NCBI RefSeq assembly: GCF_009914755.1
Contig: NC_060927.1
From: the human T2T-CHM13v2.0 reference genome, Homo sapiens
Strand: one strand, 5' to 3'
Length of the DNA: 64,000 nt
Each line of letters starts with the position of its first letter. Within the stretch, counting starts at the first letter, position 1. The notes below the pieces were generated by a model. It made no database searches. It worked only from the letters and a program-made list of their open reading frames with translations, and was not told the DNA's origin. This document shows positions 26,794 to 40,950 of this stretch, piece after piece. The translations under genes were made by a program, and so were the position numbers.

Positions 26794-28418
26794 TTTTTTC
26801 TCAGAAAAATTCAACTCTTTAAAATTGGTTAACAACTCATGAGGTTGACATCTCTGAAACCCTCAAAGATGGCAGTGATGAGGGAGGAGGAGCTATTGTT
26901 TAGCTGGACATCTCTGATTCAATTCCATTGGAGGGGGGCATCTGTTCTCATTTTCCTCCTTCAGAGATGGGAAAAAATTACTCTTTTTCTTGGCTTGAAC
27001 ACTTATATCTTCTATCTTTTTATAAGCATGATACTGCTTTCTCTTCTGCTGTTTGCACAGATTGTCTTCTGACCTAGTTGAGCCTTTACTGCTGCCCAGA
27101 CACCTTCTGGTAGCTAGCATCATATGAATTACTTAGCTTTATTAAGATAAAGTGTGAGCAAAGGGTTTTTTTTGGTCTTTTGTGTTTGGGCACCTTTAAT
27201 ATCTTTTTGCTGTTGCTGGGCAGGGAAGAGTCTTTGCAGCTGAGATCTTATTAATTTGCCTAGAATTTTTTTTAGTTTATATATTTTTTATTAATTAGGA
27301 AAACTAAATTTGACATTCAATGCAATTTTATGCAGCATCAGCTATAGTGGGTAACTGGAAAGATAGCCGCACCTGGTTTTTTTGCAAGCTGCCTGCATTA
27401 CTCTGACCTCACTTGACAAAGTATAGGCTAATAGAGAAAGAATATGCAAATTACAGACATGTGACCTAAAATTCAGACTGAGATAAAATAGACAAGCTTT
27501 AATTGAACACTCTGACTATTCGTTATAGAAAATACATGCATATCCAATATATGTTTTTAGCCCAAGCTTACGATGGACCGACCAGATGATCTTAGTTTTG
27601 ATAGAAATAATATGATTTAGGTCTTGATAAAAATTTGGAGCTTACATGGCATTTAGATGACTCTCAAAAATGAGCTCAAAATAATATTTGTCTTTAAAAG
27701 AATTTTTAGAGAATAATTATTATCTATTAGAAGTTTTCTATTGATATTAGTAAACATATTTCCAAATAAATGAAAGGTGGGCTTTTTTTCCACTGAATAA
27801 GAGAATTTTCTGGATTTCATTTAAGATGGGCCAGTTTTAGTGCCAACATGTACACATAGACATGCACATAAATACTTTGGTAACCGAGAAGACCTTAGCT
27901 CCAAACACGTCTGTAGATATTCCATCCAAACTCTTGCTATCCAAACATTTGCTATAACTTATAAGATTTATTTTATCCAGAATTCACTACTTAAATAAAA
28001 AAATCCCATCGTGTGAGCTAGCAAAAACATTTAAGTTGCAGGTACACCTTGTCAAAAAGATGGAGAATGTGTTACATCCATAGTTCAGCTACCCTCCCAG
28101 CAGGCTCGAGCTGTGCATTAGCGCTCTCAACTTACCACATTATTGAGTGAGAATGTCTTCTAAGAAAGCAAAAAGCCTCTGAATAAAACAAGCACACTCG
28201 AGAGGCCTAAAAAGAAAAATTGGGTGATAAAGCATATTGAGAGAGATGAACTAACATAAACTTGGCCATACTTACATCTCTAAGAACTATGCGTTAATAT
28301 TTTTAATTTGTAGAAAAAAATACAGAAAAACTTCTGAAAATATTACTGGTTCTGCTGTTTATATTAGGGAAAGATTATCTGTGGATGATTACATTGGTGT
28401 TTGAGTGTTTTAATGATA
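26382..28418 (+). repeat. Dispersed direct duplication, ~157 bp (26382-26538 and 28261-28418)
   Basis: Both copies read cttggccat...ctaagaact...tacagaaaaacttctgaaaa.attactggttctgctgttta.attagggaaagattatctgt...attggtgtttgagtgttttaatgata. Confidence 0.93.
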
Positions 28419-28999
28419 TTTGGTATTTGAGAAAACTGATAGGGTTTTTTTGATGGGTTGGGAAGACATTACTGTTTTTTCCATTTCAAATAATGGATTA
28501 TATAGGCTTCTACTCTCAAAAAATCTGTCATTCAACATCTTTTTGGCAACAGGTTGGATTTGTTTTTCCATAAAAATCACTTGATGACATCTAATTTTAT
28601 GTTGTTAAAAATAAAAAGTTTAAGAACATCCTCAGAATTTTCTGTCTTATACTTGCAAATTGTGTAGTCACTGTATTTATTTATTTCCAAGTACTGACAT
28701 AGGAGCAGACTAGAGATATTAATAATTTATAATTTTAGTTTTAGTGCCAATTTGAATTTCAACTGTAGAATACTATGATCCAAACTTACTCCTTTTGATG
28801 TTGATTTTGGGTGTAACCTAAAATAAATGACTTAAACTACAGACTTCATTTTTCCTAGCCCTAAATGTTAATTGCCATGACAGATCCTCAAATATAAATA
28901 TTTACTGAGGTTTCATGGCTTTATTTAAAAACCAGAATTATTTGTTTCTCAGATAGTATCATCCAAATAAAAGATGACACAAATTTCTTAATAATTAAT

Positions 29000-29230
29000 A
29001 ATAATAACATGTTTGAGCTCATTCTATTAGCCAAGGACTCTTCTGGGTGTTTGCCTGAGTTAACTCATTTAGTCTTCACAACAGACCAATGAAGTTAGTA
29101 CTGCTGTTGTCCACATTGTGCAGATGAGGAAACTGAGGCCCAGCATTTTATTCACATAACTAGTAGGCAGTAGAGCCAGGATTATGAACTCAGGCAGCCT
29201 GACAACAGACTCTGTGCCCCTATCCACTGC
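29000..29230 (-). mobile_element. MIR SINE (representative; similar relics near 2.1, 8.3, 11.5, 20.8, 22.6, 32.0, 41.2, 58.7 and 62.7 kb)
   Basis: MIR core 'cagatgaggaaactgaggccca' and 'agagccaggatt.gaactcaggcag'. Confidence 0.7.
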
Positions 29231-32200
29231 GGGGACACTCCATTTAGCTTATTCAGAGCTATGGTAATTCACTAAGTTAGGTGTTAGGACTCACCATTTG
29301 TGAAGTTCTTTCTTAACTAGTATCTTACAAAGTGCAAGTCTGAGTCCTTTGGGACTGTGTAGACAGAAAAATGATTTGTTGGTAGTCCTGGAAATTGCAA
29401 GTGAGAATACTTAAAAAGATTACTGGAAAAGAAGAAATTCAGTGGTTCCCAACCCATTAGTGTTCTAGAGACAGGGGATGGGAATAGAACCTTCCAGTAC
29501 TGGGTCACCTTATGGATGGGAGGGAAACATTGCTGGAGGCATTGAGAGGCAGGCCAATTAAGGATAAAAAGAGACAGTGTCAGAGGTTCAGCCCAGACAA
29601 GCCAGGAACCTCAGTCTAGGGTGGTGGTCTGTCTCAGCCTTTTGTTCATAATCACTCCCTGAAGGAGTCTTATTAGGCATTTCTATTCCTTATTTCCCCC
29701 CCTCCTCCCCTGTGAAATTATAACACTCAGATGTATCTGTACTTTGTACATAGAAGAATAAGATTTTTCACTCCCTAAGAACAAATTTTTGCAATGTCAG
29801 TGCCTAAAGGCACAGATACACTGAATGGTGTCAATACACATGGGGTGGGGAGAGTGGGATCAGTGAAGCACCTGCAGGAACTAATGGGCTTCAAAGTTAG
29901 AAGGACTTAGAGACAGGAGGACCTAAGGGAGGTGAAGACAGGAGGTTTTCTTAAATATGTGAAGTCAGGAGTTCTTTGACTTAGGGTCACCATCCTCACC
30001 TACCCAGATGGGGAGTTTCTCTCTATCTTCTTATAAGCTTCACTTAACTCTTGTCTCAATCTTCCCTCCATGGCTACAAGTGTGGTCATCATGTAATCTG
30101 AAATGCCATTGTACTGTAATGAAATGTATCATTTCATAGTGTGTGTTTTGAATTCTTTTTGTTTTATTTAGAAACCAGGTTCCCAAGAAGCCTGCTTTAA
30201 ATTCTTTTTATTTGAGCTCAGAAAATGGCAGCTACTCCAATTTGCAAGAAATGGGTAATGAAAGTGCTTTAAAAACTAGAATGCACTCATTTGAGATCTC
30301 TAATCCCCAAATGGCAACCCTCAGGAAGAATCAAGCAGTAATTTGTGTTCCAGATAAAGAGCAAACTGATTGTGCCTGGTCTTCACAAGGCCAGCTAGCT
30401 CATTTTCTCATACCTTACCTCTCAAATAATCTAACACTACCTAGGAGGCAATAACTATAACACTGAGTAAAAATCTTGCTAACCTTTTCGCATTCAAATC
30501 TCTCTCTTCCCGTGTGACTTTGCTGCCACAGGGACTTGATTCTGAGCTCTGTAACCTAGCGCACATCCCAAGGATCCTAGTAAACCTTAAGTAACCTAAT
30601 CTAATCACATACTAGGAGGCATGATAAGGAAACCAAGGCCTCCCAATATTTTTCTTCTTCACAAACAAGCTGTGGTTATTTAATTGGTTAAAGGGCAGGG
30701 TGTATCTTAGAACAAAAGGAGTGATGAAGAAAGCATCTACCAATACATGGGAAAGGCACTTCACCAGATTATTATTTGAAGGTTTGAAAGTACTAGAAGT
30801 CCAGCCAGAGAAGACCATGCCCAGAAATCAGAGAACTTTTGGGAAACTATAATCTTACATTTGTGGCTGTAAGTATCAAGCCTGGGTATACATTAGAATC
30901 AGCAAGAAGCTTGTCAGCTTCCGTCCCAGAGAGATTTTGACTTAGAAGGTTTGGGGTGAGCTCATGGGCACTGGTGTTTTTTAAAAGTGCCCCCTGCTCT
31001 GCCACCTCCCAGTGATTCTGATATGCATCTAAGGTTGAGGATCACCGCTTTACATTATAAAGTGCTTTCACATACATGATTCAGGATTTTTGTATGCACA
31101 CAGAAAGGAAAAAGAAACACCGTTAATGACTGTTGACTGTAAAAGAAAATAGGAAGAAACAGGGGTAGTAATTGTGAAAATGAAAGGATTAGAGAAAAGT
31201 CAATTTCTAGAAACTGGAGGAAAAAAACTTCACCTTTCTAAGGGCTAAAATTAGTCCTATGCATATAGAACATTAAGGAGGGACTTGTATGTCCATATTT
31301 ACTGCTATATATGGAATAGTTTTTAGATGACCATAAAATTCTCAGCACAGAGAAGTCTGAAAACAGTCATTTAGTATTTGATGCCAATTACTTCCTAAGA
31401 TCATATTGCTTCTCCTCTATAAATGAAATATATTGGAGAAGAGGAAAAAAAAAATTTGTTGTTAGTAAAAAGGTGTGTTAGAAAATGTCATATTAATATT
31501 CGTATGTGTATTTCAGGACTGTATAGACAGACAATATACCTCAGCAGGCTCTTAACAGCTTTCAGATAGTTATAATTAATAATTCTGCAGGTGAAAACTG
31601 GCAAGTGGATGATCTTGGATATAACTGAAGGATGAAGTAAAGCCAATGCTGTGGGCTCTCAGACTGTGTAGGGCGGGGCGGGGGGTCAGGGGCAGAATAT
31701 AAAAGTCAGGTTGCAGCGTGGCAGAAGTAAAGAAACTTGTGATCAAAAAGTCAGAAATTAAATTTTAAGATTTTCAATGTGGGTGATGACAAACTTAGAC
31801 TGTGACCAAAACAGTGGTGGTGGCTATAGTCAACAGAGTGGAGGCTAAGTTTTCATCTCCATGTCAGCTAATAAGATAGAGAGGAACAATGAATCAGGTA
31901 CAGAAAATAAAATCTTCTAGACCATCAGTATTTAAGGCAAGAAGCTTCAGTTAATCAGCCCTTCACACTCTGATTTCTGACTAATTAAAAATGGCTAATA
32001 ATAGCAATAATTACAGTTCAGCACTTACTAAGTGTCAGTATTGTTCAAAGCACTTTGCTTACATTTCAATATTCACAATAATTTTGTGACAATAGGTACT
32101 ATTGGCCCATTTGACAGATGAGGAAACTGAGACATGGAAAAAGCAACTTACTCAATATGGGTTACAAATGCTGGGGAGAAAATATAGACATATTTGGGGT

Positions 32201-35200
32201 GAGAAAATATTTTACAGAGTATCAGCAAAAGTGAACAGAGTCCAGAAAGGGGCCTGCCTATCTGTGTATGTTGCATACCAACAGTTTCCAGGCTATAAGT
32301 AGGGGCCTGGTAAGAGATGAGTCTGAAATAATGCATTGGTACCATATTGAAGACAATTCTAAACCCCCAGTGTTGAGTTTGAGCTTTATTTGGAAGGCGG
32401 GAAGTGGGAGGAATGTGTCATAATCAAAGCTGTATCTTAAGAAAACTACCTTTTAAGTATGAACAAATTAGAGTGAAAGGACCCAAATTAGGGTTTCTGT
32501 TTGTTTGGGTGGTTTTTGGTACTATTTGACAGGCAATGAGTCTATCAGTGAGAACAGTGGCAGTTGAAGGTTAATGAAAGAGACAGGTTTGATGTATGTT
32601 ACAAAGGTCAAATGTAAGGTTTTGGTAACTGGTTAAATGAAGACGGTGAGAGAGAGGGAAGAGTTTAAATAGAATCCAAGATTTCAAGTCTGAGTGACTG
32701 GGTGACTACTGGCAGAAATTCAGGAGAGGCACTTTGTGGGGATGAGAGGGCCAGCAGGAGAAGCTAGACTTTGAAAATACGCACTTTGTTGTGTGAGCAG
32801 GCCATTGGAGGCAGGCCATAGCAGGAAGGTGGGAATGTAAGTTTGCAACTTACAAGAGTCTGGGCTAGAAAGGAAGCTTTTGGTGTCATCTGCATAATGA
32901 TACTGTGGTAAACTGGGGAGTGGGACTGAAGTCTCTGAAGGTGGACAGAGGAAGTGAATACAGAACAGATCCCTGGAAAACATTTAAATTTAGGGACAAT
33001 AAAGACGAGTCAAAAAAGCAGACAGAAGGTAAAGGAAGGATGGGAACACCCAGAAATGTGCAGAAATATACACTGAGCACAAGGGAATGGAAGGTTCCAC
33101 AAACAAACTGACTTGGCAAACCCACATAGAAACCAAGAAGAATATGGCCATTTGAATTAGAGTAGCAACAGAAGGAGAGAAAGTGGACTCAGATGGAAAG
33201 AAGTATGTCATAGCAGACAAAGGCGGCAGGACTGGCCTACACTTTCAAGAATTTGATAGCAAGGAGGAAAGAGAAGACAATCGTGTGTGGAGTAAGGCAT
33301 GTAAGGAAAAGTACTTTGTTTTGTTTTAAGACAAAGGGGTACCACTTAAATATATTTTAGACAGAGATAAAGAAGCCATAGAGAGAGGTGAGTGAAGATG
33401 CATAGGTAATACCAGGTAGTAGCAGCAAAGATGATTTTAGCAGCAGAAATTACAGTGGGATGAGGTCCTAAGCTGTTTGCTGACCTTATCATAAAACAAA
33501 CTGCTATCCCTACCAATTCCCAAGCAGCAATTCTCTTAGAGAATAAGGCAAGGATCAGTGGTGCAGGGTATTTTCCTCCTCTTCTGAAGAAATGCTCGAA
33601 TTTTATTCATACATTCCAGGACAGAAGGGAAGAATCACTGTCTTTAAAGAATAAAATAATTTCCATGAGTTGTAGGGGAGTAATAAGGGAACAAACTTTG
33701 ATAGTGAATTTGAATTATAAAATATTAGGATTTTCTATTTGTAAGTACTATTTGCAGATTACATGGTTTATAAATATTGTATGTGCAGGAAAGGGGGGAC
33801 ATTGTTAGCCTGTTTTTCGAAAAAGAAATAATTTAATGCACTTAGGCAGTTAAATGTTGTTTCACCCACTCCATATGACACGAAAGCTTTCTGGAAAAGA
33901 AATAAGTAGGACAGGAAAAATATTGATAGTGGTTAATAAGTGAGAGTTGGCTTTGACTGCTATAGGCCTATATAGGGCAAGTGCTATAAAACATTCAGCA
34001 ATCTGCTTCATTGTTCTGTCCTGTCCTGTCCTGTAAAGGGGGTTGGAGGGATGCAGGGATGGTGCTGGGCACAGGATGTCAGAAAGCCTAAGGTGGGGCT
34101 GGGGAAATGAAAAGAGAACAAAGAGGTAAAAAGAGACTCTGTTCCTAGGAAATATACATGCTCTCCCTCTTCTGTGGGATGGGCTGGGTACCTTGTATGT
34201 CCCTCTATATTCAAAATGATCCCTGGGGTCCCATTGCTGTCACATTTCTGCACAGTCCTCAGACACAGAGAAAAGTGTTGGAGGTTGTTAGCACATCTCC
34301 CTCTGGAGATGAAACTGGGCTCAACACCAACAAGAGAACACCAGAGGGGATTCATCTCTCCTCCACGCTTGGATAATGGCTATTCCCTAATGCCCAGGGA
34401 AGAATTAAGTTCAGTATGTGCCTTGCACTATATTACACACTCAATCCTGAACAGCTGGGCTGTTAATGAAATTTAAAAAGAAGAGAGAACTCACTATTCA
34501 CCATCTATATCTAATGTATTCATAATAAATCTCTCAATGAGGAGGTATAAAAATTTCCTGTTGCTATACAGCCAAAGGAAGCAGAGCAGTAGGCAGGTAT
34601 CCAGGGAGCCTCGTTAACAGAGATAACCAATGTGGAAAATCCAGGGGGACTTGTTCCACATTTCTATTAGTAATGGCAATTTTTCTTACCTGAAATATGC
34701 TGGTAATTTTCTCACTTGCAAAATTCAATTTGCCTAAGGATGAATAAATAGGTCTTTTCTTAATACTTACTGGATAGCCTCTATGTTCCAGATGCTACAT
34801 AAAAGTAAAGCATTATTTGATGGGTTTTTTTTTCCTTTTTCACTTTATTTCTTAGGAAACAAAACACTGAGTCATCACAGAATGATTTGTTTTCAAGAAA
34901 ATTGAAATAATATAAAATGGTAGTGTGGTAAAATTTTGTATTATATGTGAAATACCTACGCTAAAATTTATAAAAATGGAAAATGGATGACAGTGAACTA
35001 GTATGAATACAGGAATTCTGATGGTAATATTGCGGGGGGTAGTGGTTAAGAACAAGGTTAGTAGTGCCAAAGCAAAGGCATTTTCCTTCTAGATTTTACT
35101 TGCAAAGTGAAGCCACCTGTGTGGAGTCCCTCACCTCAGAGCCAGTCACAGCAGTAACCAAATTAGCTTCCGTATGAGTTAGTGGATAATAGACATAAGA

Positions 35201-35655
35201 ATGGTTGACCCTGGATAGAACCAATAACCAAAATGAAAGATATTTGCTAAAGATGATTTTCATCTAGAAATAGCTACTATTGAAATATTTTCTCACTGTA
35301 ATTAGGAATATGCCTATGGTGGTCACTCCTACTTCATAAAAAGATAATCTCTGTCTAGGGGGATTCATGCTTTCTTCCTCACACCCCCTGCCCTTTTATG
35401 TTTAGTTGACAGTAATAATTGCACATATTTATGGGATACAGAGTGATATTTCAATACGTGTATACAATGTATAATGATCAAATCAGTGTAATTGGTATAA
35501 CCATCACCTCAAACATTTATCATTTCCTTGTGTTGTGAACAGTCAAAATCCTCTCTTCTAGCTCTTTGAAAGTATACAATAAATTATAGTCAATCATATT
35601 CATCCTACAGTGCTGCAAAACACCAGACTTCATTCCTCCTATCTAGCATAATTTT

Positions 35656-35951
<296 letters not shown>

Positions 35952-36637
35952 CTAGCATAATTTTGTATCTGCTAACCAGCCTCTCTATCCTACCTGCTCT
36001 GCCACCCTTCCAGTCTCTAATACCCACAGTTCTACTCTCTATTTCTGTGAACTCCAAAAGTTTTTTGAGTTCCCACATATGAGTGACAATATGTAATATT
36101 TATCTTTCTGTGCCTGACTTATTTTGCTGAACATAACGTCCCCAGGCTTATTCGTGTTGCTGTGAATGGCAGGATATCATTCTTTTTTATGGATGAATAG
36201 TATTCCAGTATGTGTTTATACCACATTTTTTATCCATTCGTTGGTTGATGAATATTTAGGTTGATTTCATATCTTCACTATTGTGAATAGTGCTGCAGTA
36301 AACATGGGGGTGCAGGTATCCTTTTGATATATAGATTTTCTTTCCTTTGGTTAAATACCTATTAATGGGGTTGCTGGATTGTGTAGTAGTTCTACATTTA
36401 GTTTTTTCAGCACCCCCCATACTGTCTTCCATAATGACTGTACTACTTGACATTTCCAACAACAGTTACATACATCTCTACAGCTTCACCAGCATTTGTT
36501 ATTTTTTGTCTTTTTTTTTTTTATAATTGCTGTTGTAACTGGGCAGGGATGATACCTCATTGTGGTTTTGATTTGCATTTCCTTGATGATTAGCGACATG
36601 GAGCATTGCTTCCTATGTTTGTTTACTATTTATATGG

Positions 36638-37047
<410 letters not shown>

Positions 37048-37321
37048 TGATTATTTAGTTTTTTTGCTATTGAGTTGTTTGAATTCCTTGTATATTCTGG
37101 ATATTAGTCCTTTGTAAGATGAATAGTTTGTAAATATTTTCTCCCATTCTACAGGTTGTCTTTTCGCTCTTGATTGTTTCCTTTGCTAGGGTGGAGACGT
37201 CAGTTTAATATAGTCCCATTTGTCTATTTTAGTTTTTGTTGCCTATGTGTTTGAAGTCTTAGCTGTGAAACCTTTGCCTAGACCAATGTCTTGAAGCATT
37301 TCTTCTATGTTTGCTTATAGT

Positions 37322-37940
37322 AAAGTTAAACAATAAAAGAAGAAGAAAGGTACAAAGAATATACAAAGTAATTAGAAAATAATTAACAAAATGACAAGGA
37401 CTAAGTCCTCATCTATCAATAATAGCCTTAAATGTAAATGTTAAATTCCCCAATTAAAAGATATGGACTGGCTGAATGGATTAAAAAAAAAAAAGACACA
37501 ACTATATACTGCCCACAGAAAACTCACTTCACCTGTAAAGGCACACGTAGACTGAAAGTAAGGGATGGAAAAAAATATTCCACACAAACGGAAACCAAAA
37601 GTGTGCAAATTAGCTATACTTATATCAGACAAAATAGACTTTAAGGCAAAAAAAAAAAAAACACAAAGAGAAAGAAGGTCATTATATAAAGATAAAGTGA
37701 TCAGTTCAGCAAGAGGATATAACAATTGTAAATATATTTATACACCTAACACCAGAGCACCTAGATTTATGAGGCAAATATTATTAGAGTTAAATAGGTA
37801 GACTCCAATAGAATAATAGTTGCAGACTTCTTCAGCATTGGACAGATGGATTATCTAGAAAGAAAATCAACAAAGAAACATCAGACTTAATCTGCACTAT
37901 AGACCAAACAGGCATAACAGACATTTACAAAACATTTCAT
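37322..37940 (+). mobile_element. L1 ORF2 endonuclease fragment (degenerate), sense
   Basis: Translates to L1 EN-like pieces: LNSPIKRYGLAEWIKK, IYCPQKTHF, AILISDKIDFK, NTRAPRFMRQILLEL; frameshifted. Confidence 0.88.
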
Positions 37941-38759
37941 ACTATCCCTTTGTTAAGACAGAGGAACAGAATGTGCGTTTGGACCATTTAATAGCAGTTT
38001 TGGCTCATTGAGGTACGAATTCAAAAAGAGGGACATATTAACTAAACTGTGTTGAGCCCATCGAAATGGTTAGCTGATCTGTCAATAAATCATTCCTACT
38101 GACTCAGACTTTTACAATAGTAAAATAATATATACAATTTTTTATATATTTTAAAAACATAAAAAGAAAGCAAGTTTAGTTTCTTGAAATCCTGCCTTTC
38201 CTAGAATTTAAATCCCTTTCTCGGCATTGTTGAGATAGACACAGTGTTTTCATACCCTCTGTTTCAATGATGGCATGAATAAAGTGGATATACCACAACA
38301 AAGCATTCTTCTATAAGAGACACTTAAGCATTATCTCCAGTTTGTCTCTATTATGAATATTCTTTGGCAGACATCTTTGTTTTCCTGAATGTTAGAGTTT
38401 ATTTCCTCAGAATAGCTTTCCTGAAATGAAATTACTGGAGCAAATTGTATGAATATTTTAAAGCCCCTATTTTCAGCATATTTCTAAATAGCTTTGCAAA
38501 AGGATATTTATTAATTTGCCTTATGCCAGCAAAATATATGAAAACTATAGTATTACCCCAGGCTTAACAAGCTGCTACATTACTTTTCTTTGTGTTTATT
38601 TTATTCCTAGCAAGCTTGGCAAATTTTGCTACTATTCATTTGCAGTTTTAGTATGTTATTTGGTGCTTAATTTTTGTTTTGTTTTGTTTTCTCATCAATT
38701 GGCTTATTTTTCCCAGCTCCCGTCTCATCTGCTTTCCTCACCTGTATTCCTTTGTACAG

Positions 38760-39220
38760 GCTCACATGATTCATTCAGCTACTGGGTGGATGAAAAGTCC
38801 CCAGTGGGGCCTGACCAAACCCAAGCTATCAAACGCCTCGCCAGGATCTCCTTGGTGAAGAAGCTAATGAAGAAGTGGTCTGTGACTCAGAACCTGACAT
38901 TTCGAGAACAGCTGGAAGCTGGGATCCGCTACTTTGACCTGCGTGTGTCTTCCAAACCAGGGGATGCCGACCAGGAGATCTACTTCATCCATGGGCTTTT
39001 TGGCATCAAGGTCTGGGATGGGCTGATGGAAATTGACTCGTTTCTTACACAGCACCCCCAGGAGATTATCTTCCTGGATTTCAACCACTTCTATGCCATG
39101 GATGAGACCCATCACAAATGCCTGGTTCTGCGGATCCAGGAGGCCTTTGGAAACAAGCTGTGCCCAGCCTGCAGTGTGGAAAGTTTGACGCTGCGAACTC
39201 TGTGGGAGAAGAACTGCCAG
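38760..39220 (+). CDS. PLCXD2: PLCXD2 coding exon 2 (catalytic core: GSHDSF...TQNLTFREQLEAGIRYFDLRV...FIHGL...EIIFLDFNHF...NCQ)
   Basis: Acceptor ctttgtacag|G, donor CCAG|gtagga; 461 nt (phase 1 in, phase 0 out); PI-PLC X motifs with catalytic H57 and H132. Confidence 0.97.
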
Positions 39221-40069
39221 GTAGGAGGGAAGGAGAGATAAGCTTCCAAGAGCAAGAATTTAACTCTTCCTGCTTTTCCTGTATTGCCGTCTGTAAAATC
39301 ACTCAATCCAGGGCTCTTAGGCTAAAGAGTGGATTGTTTGGAATATTAAACATATGCAAACTAGTTCCTGGGCTCTAGAATAGGTTCAAGGGCCAGGGCT
39401 AACACCTGCCAAATACTTAAAGCTTGTCCAGCAAACTGTTTGACATCTAATTGACTTTTAGTGGCCTGGCCAGAACCAACCAAGGCAAAGTTGTAAAATT
39501 GGGCCAATAGGTCATTACTATTCTCTGTTTCCCGAGGTCCATTTTTACCCTTCTGGTTCCCCTCAGGGATAGTCTGTTCCATCTTGCCTTCAACTCAATG
39601 TCAGATAATCCTGGCCAAGGTATCGACTGATTAGGAAAAGTATTAGCTGACTGAAACATAGTGATTCATCTCAGGAGTGTTAATATTATAAAAGTATTTG
39701 GGTCTTAGAGGGAGAGAGAGTTAAGGAAGGAAGAGCCTGTTGAAGGGGCTGCAGCCTGTAAGAGCATTCCATAGTCTGCTTAAGTTGAGAAGAGCCTGCC
39801 AGCCTAGGACCATGAGGGACACGCTCAGGAAGAGGAATGTGGGCCTCAGATATATTCCACTCTGATCCTAAAGGATGACAGTAGGAGAAAAGAGCTTCAG
39901 GAAAGTGTTTAATTTACACTCTCTGAAAAAAAAAAAAAAAAAGACATACCTTTCATTCAAAGTTACTCACTTGCTCAGCAGATGCATTAACCAAAACAAC
40001 TTTACGAGGCAGATATTTTTTAACTCAAGGAGGAGCTTTTGATTAAAAATAGTTTAAAGGTTATTCACT

Positions 40070-40950
40070 TGAAAATATTTATTAAACACCAGGTACATGC
40101 CAAGTAACCTCTAAGGACTAGGGATAAATTAGTAAATAAAATAGACAAAGATACCTTGCCCTAATGGAGCTGTCATTCTGGTGGAGGGAGATAGATCATA
40201 GATAATAGAGATAATAAACATACATATATGTGTGTGTATGTGTCTGTGTGTCACATATATACATATATGTATATTCTCTCTCCATATATGTGTGTGTATA
40301 TACACACACACACACACACGCACACACACACATAAAGTGTTAGAAAGTGATAAGAGCTATGGAAAACGAAAAGGTCAAGCATGGTGAGAGGGAACCAGGA
40401 TTCTGTGGGTTGGAGGATTGGTTGAAATGTTTAAAAGTTGATCAGGAGAGGCTTCATTGAAAAGATGACATTTGAAGGGGTTAATCACATGCTTATTTGG
40501 GGGCAGAAGAAGCAGCCAGTGCAGAGACCCAAAAGCAGGAGTGTCCCTGCCATCTTTGAGGAAAAGGAACATGCAGTATGGCTGTAGAGCAGGTGAAGAC
40601 AGAGTAGTGAGAGGAGGTCAGAGAGGCGACTGGTGATCATGTGAGCCTAGAAGGCCCTGTAAAGACGCTAGCCTTCACTCACTCTAAGCGAGGAGAGTTC
40701 TGGCACAGGATGTTGTGGCCTGACTTAGGTCTTAATAAGATCTCTCCGGTTGCAGTACTAGGAAGAGACCAGGGCAGGGGGATTGGGCAGAAGTAAGGAA
40801 CCCAGTGAGACTGTTAGTGGCAAGTGGTCAGATTTTGCATCTGTCAGAAGGTAGAGCCGACAGGGTTTCCTAATGGATATGATTTGGGGTATGAAAGAAC
40901 ATGAGGATTCAAGGATGAGTCCCAGGCTTGGCCGGAATAACTGGAAATAC
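40070..40950 (-). mobile_element. L2 LINE relic
   Basis: atttattaaacacc...aatagacaaagataccttgccctaatggagctgtcattct...; boundaries approximate. Confidence 0.6.
40217..40332. repeat. Compound (TA/TG/CA)n microsatellite
   Basis: Runs of tgtgtg and tata, and a (CA)n tract at ~40302-40331. Confidence 0.9.

Noticed and set aside
38516-38759. 81-codon hydrophobic upstream extension of the exon-2 ORF, and an alternative AG at 38716
   Set aside because: T-rich intron and polypyrimidine tract with a TTG start; the upstream AG would add 43 nt and frameshift.
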